23,505 bases of DNA from Bdellovibrionota bacterium FG-1. GTDB lineage: Bacteria; Bdellovibrionota; UBA1018. Position 1 is the first letter of the stretch; each line of letters starts with the position of its first letter. Location of the stretch: assembly GCA_051382295.1 (NCBI GenBank), contig JBBCAW010000046.1:1-23505 (forward strand). Direction: 5' to 3'. The notes under the pieces were generated by a model. It made no database searches and was not told where the DNA came from. It saw nothing but the letters and a program-made list of their open reading frames with translations. Below, one piece after another: positions 19,771 through 23,505 of this stretch. Position numbers and translations under genes: made by a program.

Positions 19771-19957
19771 AGATGTCCCCTTTCATCCAACGCAGCAGCT
19801 CTGGAAGCAGGAACCTGATTTCTTTGCCGATCTTCTTACAGGGAATTACACCCGCTCGGACATGTTTATAGACCGTCTTGGTGCTCATCTTGAGAAGGTC
19901 GGCAACCTCTTTTACGGTTAAAATCTGATTTTCAAAGAGCGTGTGGGCAGCATCCAT
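19763..19957 (-). CDS. Excisionase-like HTH protein (HTH_17/Xis family)
   Basis: Sequence 'ILTVKEVADLLKMSTKTVYKHVRAGVIPCKKIGKEIRF' fits this family, and the gene overlaps the integrase start. The start is uncertain (19957 or up to 20053). Confidence 0.85.
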   Translation of the reverse strand: MDAAHTLFENQILTVKEVADLLKMSTKTVYKHVRAGVIPCKKIGKEIRFLLPELLRWMKGDIYE

Positions 19958-20068
19958 GGGTATGGCTGCTCCAGTCAAGCACTCCCGCCGCCCATGATTG
20001 TGGTCCCACTTACCAGGCATCTTGGCAACCCCACGAGCTTTTTTGGGAATCATCAGAGTGTAGTCGGC

Positions 20069-20488
20069 TCATATCTCGCTGCCTTCTGACGAGTCCAGAT
20101 TTTCTGTGGGTTTTGTTGAAACGTCCAGAACTGTCACTGTAGGATTCTGACCAGGCTTCTGCTCGGTCAAAATTAATCCTGCCAACTCAAGAACTCGTAG
20201 GGCGCGACGTTTTGCATAGCGATTTACCCCCATATCCAATAGGACGTCGGAACGAAGTTTAATCGTATTTTCCTTGGTAATATTCCGGAGATGACAAGCG
20301 ACGAGACCAACCGCAAGTGCTCGTCCAGGAAGTCTTGCTGCAACACAAAGCCAAGGCCACTGAACTCGACTCAAATACCAATGGGCACGGGATCCCTTTG
20401 GTTTTAGTCTTCTATCTTGTACAGCCAGGCCCTTCTGACTCTGGGACTTATTTTTGAGCTTTTTAAGCTCCTCAATAGTTATTCTCAT
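20069..20488 (-). CDS. Winged helix-turn-helix protein, possible replication/origin-binding factor
   Basis: 'LLDMGVNRYAKRRALRVLELAGLILTEQKPGQNPTVTVL' has an HTH plus wing pattern and a basic N-terminus. The function is inferred from its position after the polymerase. Confidence 0.6.
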   Translation of the reverse strand: MRITIEELKKLKNKSQSQKGLAVQDRRLKPKGSRAHWYLSRVQWPWLCVAARLPGRALAVGLVACHLRNITKENTIKLRSDVLLDMGVNRYAKRRALRVLELAGLILTEQKPGQNPTVTVLDVSTKPTENLDSSEGSEI

Positions 20489-20510
20489 AATAGATATAAA
20501 TTAACTGAGC

Positions 20511-20554
20511 GGGTGGGCGTCTATGCGCAGGTGGTGTTGCGCAGTTGCCCACCC
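20511..20554. other. Intergenic imperfect inverted repeat (hairpin) between the polymerase and wHTH genes
   Basis: Outer arms GGGTGGGC...GCCCACCC and inner arms TGCGCA...TGCGCA around the loop GGTGGTGT, adjoined by an AT-rich tract at 20487-20504. Confidence 0.7.
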
Positions 20555-20558
20555 TCCT

Positions 20559-22295
20559 CTATTTAATTTCGCCTCTTTTCCGCTGAAGGATTCGTATTAC
20601 AGTTGTCCACATTTGTTCCCCCCGCTTATCCATGTAACGTTCGGGATGGTCGATCCGCTTAACGTCCGTACGAAGCTCAAATCCATTCAGGATCGCAGCA
20701 CTTGCTTGTCGCATTGCTTCCTGCGTCCTCAGAATTGCTGATGGGAGAGTTTCTAATGCGTCTACGATTAGCACCGCATCGTGAACCGGGGCTCCGACTT
20801 GGATCCCTCTGTCCATCGCGAAGCAGCAGGCGAGCCGCAGCATCTCTGCCCCATTAGCCTGCATCGGAAAGTTACGCAGAGAACGAGGATTTGCGTCTGG
20901 GCCAACATGGATCTTCCACCCGAATACCGTTGTAAGTGAACCACTCAGTATTGCGTGGTCGAGGAGCTTATCCGACCAATCCCAAAAAGTACGGTAGGTA
21001 TTCCGATGTAAGTTGAGAAGCTCTCTTGCGTGTGCTGTTGAACGTCCTATACGCGCGGCGAGAGAATGCTCGCCCATTCCGTATTGAACGGCGAGAACAC
21101 ATGCCTTGAATTGATCTCTGATCGCTTCATGGGACTTTTTGGTCGCATCGGGCGGTGCTGCGCCCGCTTGTTTAGCGAATGCCAGGTAGGGATCCCCAGT
21201 GGTGTAGGCCTCCTGCATTTTCTGATCACCGGAAAGAGCCGCAGCTATCCCAAATTCTTGCTGGCACCAGTCAATGTAGCCCATTCCAATTCCTACCGGT
21301 GGTTTAATGAGCCCCCGCAGCCATACGGCAGGGCCAAACGCAAACCGAGAGTTGCTAGGTTGATTCCGACCGGTTCGAGCTTTGAAGGGCGAGATCAAGG
21401 TCCGATTACGCCCATCAAGCCCAACAGGAAGCTCGGATAAGCGCATTTTTGAAAGAGATACCCGCAGTTCCCGGAGCGGATTGAGTATTGGATGGGCTTG
21501 GCTCATTGCCTTAAAGGTGTCATCGTCAAGCTGTAAATTGCCTCGCTCTGTCCTTGGCCAGTTAATTAGCTTCGCCTCAAGGTAGCGCGCAAAACGATCC
21601 TGCTTAAAGGTTCTACCGTCATACACATCATAGGTACCATCAATTTCTTTGATAAGTTGTTCTTGAATTCCCTCCCACTCGGACTTGACTGTTGAAAGAG
21701 TTTCCGTGTCCATTGGAATGCCGCAGGTCTCAATACGTGCGACTGCTTTCATGTAGTGCCCACGAAGTAAACCCCGAGGGACATCGATCAACGGGGACAT
21801 TCGCGGAAATAGTTTTTCGATAGCGACTACATCGCTTTCACAGTATTCAAGCAATTGCCGACGTTCTACGGGGGTATAGGGGCCACCGCGCATTGCAAGC
21901 AGGCGCATCGCTTCTTTTTCGACAGCTTCGATTCCATCGATGCCGAAATGGGTAAGTGCACCCAGAAGGCTCCAGCCAAAAGGGGTTAGAAGACCATTTG
22001 TGAGATTGCGAAACTCAACATAAAGGTCGAGGTTATAAGTGGGAAATGGCCAACCAAGGGCCAAGTAACAGTTCATTTCGGCAGAACTAAAATAGGCGAG
22101 GTGAAGCGACTCAGGCCCGAAGTTGAATGGCGGTTTAGTAAGTTGCGTAAGATCCTCACCAAAAAGACGAATACATTTCCCAGAACGCAGCTCTTTCGCA
22201 ACAAAACAGATTGGCTCTGGATTGGCGCCAGGGCGGCTGACAAACTCAAAGTCAGCCGCCCAAATTTCTGTAAAGCTTGATACTTCGAGCATCAA
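20559..22295 (-). CDS. Family A DNA polymerase, Klenow-like (3'-5' exonuclease + polymerase, no 5'-3' nuclease), phage/MGE type
   Basis: ExoI 'ADFEF', ExoIII 'YCESD', 'RTGRN', motif A 'IDWCQQEFGIAAALSGD', motif B 'RDQFKACVLAVQYG', 'NFPMQ' and motif C 'VHDA'; 578 aa. Confidence 0.92.
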   Translation of the reverse strand: MMLEVSSFTEIWAADFEFVSRPGANPEPICFVAKELRSGKCIRLFGEDLTQLTKPPFNFGPESLHLAYFSSAEMNCYLALGWPFPTYNLDLYVEFRNLTNGLLTPFGWSLLGALTHFGIDGIEAVEKEAMRLLAMRGGPYTPVERRQLLEYCESDVVAIEKLFPRMSPLIDVPRGLLRGHYMKAVARIETCGIPMDTETLSTVKSEWEGIQEQLIKEIDGTYDVYDGRTFKQDRFARYLEAKLINWPRTERGNLQLDDDTFKAMSQAHPILNPLRELRVSLSKMRLSELPVGLDGRNRTLISPFKARTGRNQPSNSRFAFGPAVWLRGLIKPPVGIGMGYIDWCQQEFGIAAALSGDQKMQEAYTTGDPYLAFAKQAGAAPPDATKKSHEAIRDQFKACVLAVQYGMGEHSLAARIGRSTAHARELLNLHRNTYRTFWDWSDKLLDHAILSGSLTTVFGWKIHVGPDANPRSLRNFPMQANGAEMLRLACCFAMDRGIQVGAPVHDAVLIVDALETLPSAILRTQEAMRQASAAILNGFELRTDVKRIDHPERYMDKRGEQMWTTVIRILQRKRGEIK

Positions 22296-22879
22296 ATCTC
22301 CCCACGCAGGCGGCGGAGGACAGGGTGCTCGAGAGATTTGATGAATTTATCGCGAAAGGCTAACTTGATAATTTCGTCGAAGGTTAGGTTTGGCCAATTT
22401 GGTTCCGGTAAGTCATTCATCGCTTCATATGTGTCGTAGCCGCCCAACGACATATTGGCGGAAACCCTAACCCAGCTTTTGGTGGCGCGCTCAGCCGCCT
22501 CCAGTGCCGACCGGCTCCAATCATTTGAACGTCCGGTGGCGTCTGGCAGAGAGATTGGCCAGATAGCCACGACATCGCTCCGATTCACGGTCAGCAGGAG
22601 GACCTTCGGCGTCACTTCGGAACTAAGCTCACTCCAAAGATCCGGTGATACAAGGTAAGTTTCGCGCTGCTCCTTGTCTTCGAGGATGGCGGTTTCAAGG
22701 CGCCAGTCTTCACCAGCTTTTACGCGGACGAAGTCATGGCGGCCCGGCTTGCGGACTGGGACCGTCGTGAGAGTTTTCTTCACTGCGATGGTTCCCCCGA
22801 CGGGACCGGATAAACGTAGTTTTTTTAAATCAAAAAGGTCCTCGGTCTTTGGACCCTGGATTGTGTCGTCAATACTCAT
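22292..22879 (-). CDS. Hypothetical protein translationally coupled to the polymerase (possible ssDNA-binding/accessory protein)
   Basis: AGGAGA RBS at 22889-22894 (minus strand) and an ATGA overlap with the polymerase start. The beta-rich core has many Trp/aromatic and basic residues; the SSB role is inference only. Confidence 0.6.
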   Translation of the reverse strand: MSIDDTIQGPKTEDLFDLKKLRLSGPVGGTIAVKKTLTTVPVRKPGRHDFVRVKAGEDWRLETAILEDKEQRETYLVSPDLWSELSSEVTPKVLLLTVNRSDVVAIWPISLPDATGRSNDWSRSALEAAERATKSWVRVSANMSLGGYDTYEAMNDLPEPNWPNLTFDEIIKLAFRDKFIKSLEHPVLRRLRGEI

Positions 22880-22929
22880 AAAACGTAGTCTCCTGTGCGG
22901 TTGCTGATGATCCTCTCATCGCTCGTCTG

Positions 22930-22953
22930 GTGAGCATCGACATTGATGCTCAC
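22930..22953. promoter_or_regulatory. Perfect 9-bp inverted repeat in the divergent intergenic region
   Basis: GTGAGCATC-GACATT-GATGCTCAC, upstream of the replication operon and divergent from the 23038 gene. Confidence 0.55.
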
Positions 22954-23037
22954 GCCCAGGTTAGACATCGTTCAAGATCAAATTTGAATTCCTCTAGTGC
23001 GCGTGCGAAGTGAGAGATAGGCAGGAGGTTTTGTTGA

Positions 23038-23391
23038 ATGATCAGCGAACAACAAGTTAAATTATTGCCCCGCATAACAGATAAGCTTTCGAAAATACTT
23101 GAAAAAGATAAACGAAAAATGGGGCAAGCGCACAAAGAAGCTATTGCGTCATTTGTTCTTGCCTACAGGCAGGCGCTAATACGTCAGCCGGACGATACGA
23201 AAGGAGCGATGCGTCAAAAGAGGCTCGCCGAACTGAATATACGCGTAAAGCTCAGTCTTGACAGGTTCCATATAGAGCTTAGGACTTATAGAGGAGAGGC
23301 ACAGAACCTAGGATTGCCAATGTTTGATGAAGCCCTCGAAAAAGTCGCAACGGCTGTACGGCTTGGTTATCGGCACTTAGGGGCCGCGTAA
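23038..23391 (+). CDS. Hypothetical basic helical protein within the element
   Basis: A strong AGGAGG RBS precedes the ATG of a 117-aa ORF. No family was recognised. Confidence 0.6.
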   Translation: MISEQQVKLLPRITDKLSKILEKDKRKMGQAHKEAIASFVLAYRQALIRQPDDTKGAMRQKRLAELNIRVKLSLDRFHIELRTYRGEAQNLGLPMFDEALEKVATAVRLGYRHLGAA

Positions 23392-23505
23392 AAATAAAAT
23401 CACATGCACTTAGCGATATTTTTACTGAGGCCTGATTGTGTAATTCCAATCCGGCAGAGAGGCGTCCTTGAAAATGTTCAGATTCTCCAGTTCTGATTTC
23501 GTTGC

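Larger units (their letters stand above)
18411..23505. mobile_element. Integrative element inserted at the tRNA-Asn 3' end (right end outside the window)
   Basis: An integrase abuts the tRNA 3' end, followed by excisionase, wHTH, family A polymerase and hypothetical genes. No second copy of the tRNA 3' end was seen within the window. Confidence 0.85.

Noticed and set aside
23464..23475. Second boxA-like sequence GTCCTTGAAAAT on the + strand
   Set aside because: It is a weaker match and its downstream context is outside the window.
1..23505. CRISPR array, rRNA or IS transposase
   Set aside because: No regularly spaced repeat-spacer array, rRNA-like sequence or transposase motifs were seen by eye.

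Overview
The window looks like bacterial chromosome; gene content suggests a Bdellovibrionota/Oligoflexia-like or related deltaproteobacterial lineage (inference only). Bases 1-18.4 kb hold a DUF4160 + HTH toxin-antitoxin-like pair with a visible promoter and operator, two tandem 'beta-barrel-like protein + lipoprotein' pairs, leuS, a PilZ-like gene, a HEAT-repeat protein, prs-pth-ychF (no rplY between prs and pth) and a glutathione peroxidase. They also hold a minus-strand cluster of an orphan BMC hexamer gene, a HAMP membrane protein and a DUF1284-Slt lytic transglycosylase fusion, followed by tRNA-Asn(GTT). An integrated element starts at the tRNA 3' end and runs off the window. Its compact minus-strand module reads: putative SSB-like protein, Klenow-like family A DNA polymerase with atypical motifs, intergenic hairpin, winged-HTH protein, excisionase, tyrosine integrase. 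No primase, helicase or capsid gene is visible. This PolA-carrying, tRNA-integrated replication module is the strongest candidate for a poorly described system.
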